IMG/VR virus record: IMGVR_UViG_3300045988_074170
Strand: one strand, 5' to 3'
Source of the DNA: a virus
Length of the DNA: 64,000 bases
Shown: piece by piece, positions 63,350-64,000 of the stretch
Layout: each line of letters starts with the position of its first letter
How positions within the stretch are numbered: position 1 is the stretch's first letter
The notes under the pieces: generated by a model
Database searches by the model: none
Told to the model about the DNA's origin: nothing
What the model saw: only the letters and a program-made list of their open reading frames with translations
Program-made: the position numbers and the translations under genes

Positions 63350-64000
63350 TTAAACTGCGTCAATTTTTATCATTACAGTGCTCTCTCGTAACTTGTTAAT
63401 CGCCATGAAAGAGGAAGACACGGTATCATCGTGCCCACTGATACTCTCAAGAGTTCCCTTATCGCTGCGGAACGCAACCGAGTTGAACTCCCCAAACATC
63501 TGGTCAATCTTAGCAGCCGTGTCAGGATGATACGGGCACTTGATTACACCTCTCTCAAATAACGCTGCAAGTGATGCCCACCCTGTTCTCAGGTCTTTCT
63601 TATTCCCGGAAGTCGTCGTGAACGGTGTAATATTCTTGATACCCATCTGAACGCACATATCCGCCAATATACTTTGGAAGCCGTTGTTTTCCACGACTAT
63701 CTCGTTTGGCTTGAACACCCTGTTCAGTAGGTCAATCTTCTGTATCTGTTCATTATGAGATAATCCCTTTTCCCGGAATATGTATAGGAGATAATAATTC
63801 CCCTGGACATCCTTCCCCCAAACTGTATAACAAGTATAGTCGGCTCCCACATTTCCTGAGACAGCGAAGTCACAACCCATGACCACCCTCTGTAACTTGA
63901 TAGGAAACGACTCTATGTTATCAACGAGCCTGACGTTTTCCATCCCGATTGTACTCCTCTTTAATATCTCCCAAGGGAAGATTGTACTGTCGTCGGAAAT
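63350..64000 (-). CDS. terL: terminase large subunit, C-terminal nuclease part (the gene continues beyond the right edge)
   Basis: VVMGCDFAVSG..ADYTCYTVW, IVVENNGFQ and GHDDTVSS follow the RNase H-like terminase nuclease pattern. The frame stays open from 63943 up to position 64000. Confidence 0.7.
   Translation of the reverse strand: MSDDSTIFPWEILKRSTIGMENVRLVDNIESFPIKLQRVVMGCDFAVSGNVGADYTCYTVWGKDVQGNYYLLYIFREKGLSHNEQIQKIDLLNRVFKPNEIVVENNGFQSILADMCVQMGIKNITPFTTTSGNKKDLRTGWASLAALFERGVIKCPYHPDTAAKIDQMFGEFNSVAFRSDKGTLESISGHDDTVSSSFMAINKLRESTVMIKIDAV

Noticed and set aside
274-63391. The many plus-strand ORFs of 60-170 aa in the six-frame track, for example 274..612, 3323..3832, 7061..7543, 23599..24066, 29638..30147, 46402..46917 and 63047..63391.
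   Set aside because: Each lies antisense within a longer minus-strand gene that has recognisable motifs or operon packing. Their translations are low-complexity and they lack promoter modules. I treat them as shadow ORFs. Only 21860..22345 (Dps) is accepted on the plus strand.
1-64000. Genome-wide stop-codon reassignment (TGA or TAG recoding).
   Set aside because: Very long genes are uninterrupted under the standard code, including DnaE (1166 aa), RNR (1109 aa), UvrD (834 aa), Rad50-like (666 aa) and ligase (657 aa). I found only one in-frame TGA, at 4552..4550, that links two open segments. The other same-frame neighbours I checked, such as 17805..18083 and 18180..18596, are separated by TAA plus further stops.
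1-64000. Prophage or integrative-element features such as an integrase, att sites or repressor modules.
   Set aside because: I recognised no tyrosine or serine recombinase motifs and no lysogeny-type regulators. The content looks like a virulent-type replication and nucleotide-metabolism region.

Overview
This window is a densely packed segment of a large dsDNA bacteriophage genome, coded almost entirely on the minus strand; only the Dps-like gene at 21860..22345 is on the plus strand. At least 13 intergenic regions carry the same promoter module, TTTG-N19-TAnnTTTG, which matches the Bacteroidota housekeeping promoter consensus, so the host is probably a Bacteroidota bacterium (inference). 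Recognisable content falls into several groups. (1) A replication and recombination block: DnaB-like helicase, DnaG-like primase, DnaE-type polymerase, NAD-dependent ligase, RNase H, SNF2 and UvrD helicases, RecA, Rad50/Mre11-like nuclease, RuvC-like resolvase and a possible gp32-like SSB. (2) A nucleotide-metabolism block: class II RNR, dNMP kinase, YfbR-like HD nucleotidase, a thymidylate-synthase-like enzyme, an aGPT-Pplase-like protein, a P-loop kinase and dUTPase. Together these look like a thymidine hypermodification pathway. (3) Accessory genes: GroEL-like chaperonin, Dps, ECF-type sigma factor, HU, a RelA/SpoT-type synthetase plus HD hydrolase pair, a PNKP-type 3'-phosphatase, a glucosaminidase lysin and a TIGR02757-like HhH protein. 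(4) A heavy load of selfish elements: two inteins (in the RNR and in the UvrD helicase), three free-standing GIY-YIG endonucleases, and an HNH endonuclease that splits the dUTPase gene. (5) The 3' part of a terminase large-subunit gene at the right edge. Unusual signals include three paralogous MKKDF-type genes whose reading frames break at homopolymer runs (G12, G5, T5), one of which also has an in-frame TGA. A G10 run inside a P-loop gene would restore ATGA coupling to the next gene with a one-base change. A roughly 0.9 kb ORF-poor region is strongly G-depleted and carries palindromes and repeats. Many ORF-track starts are over-extended through promoter modules, and I have trimmed them. All family assignments come from motif recognition by eye; no searches were run.
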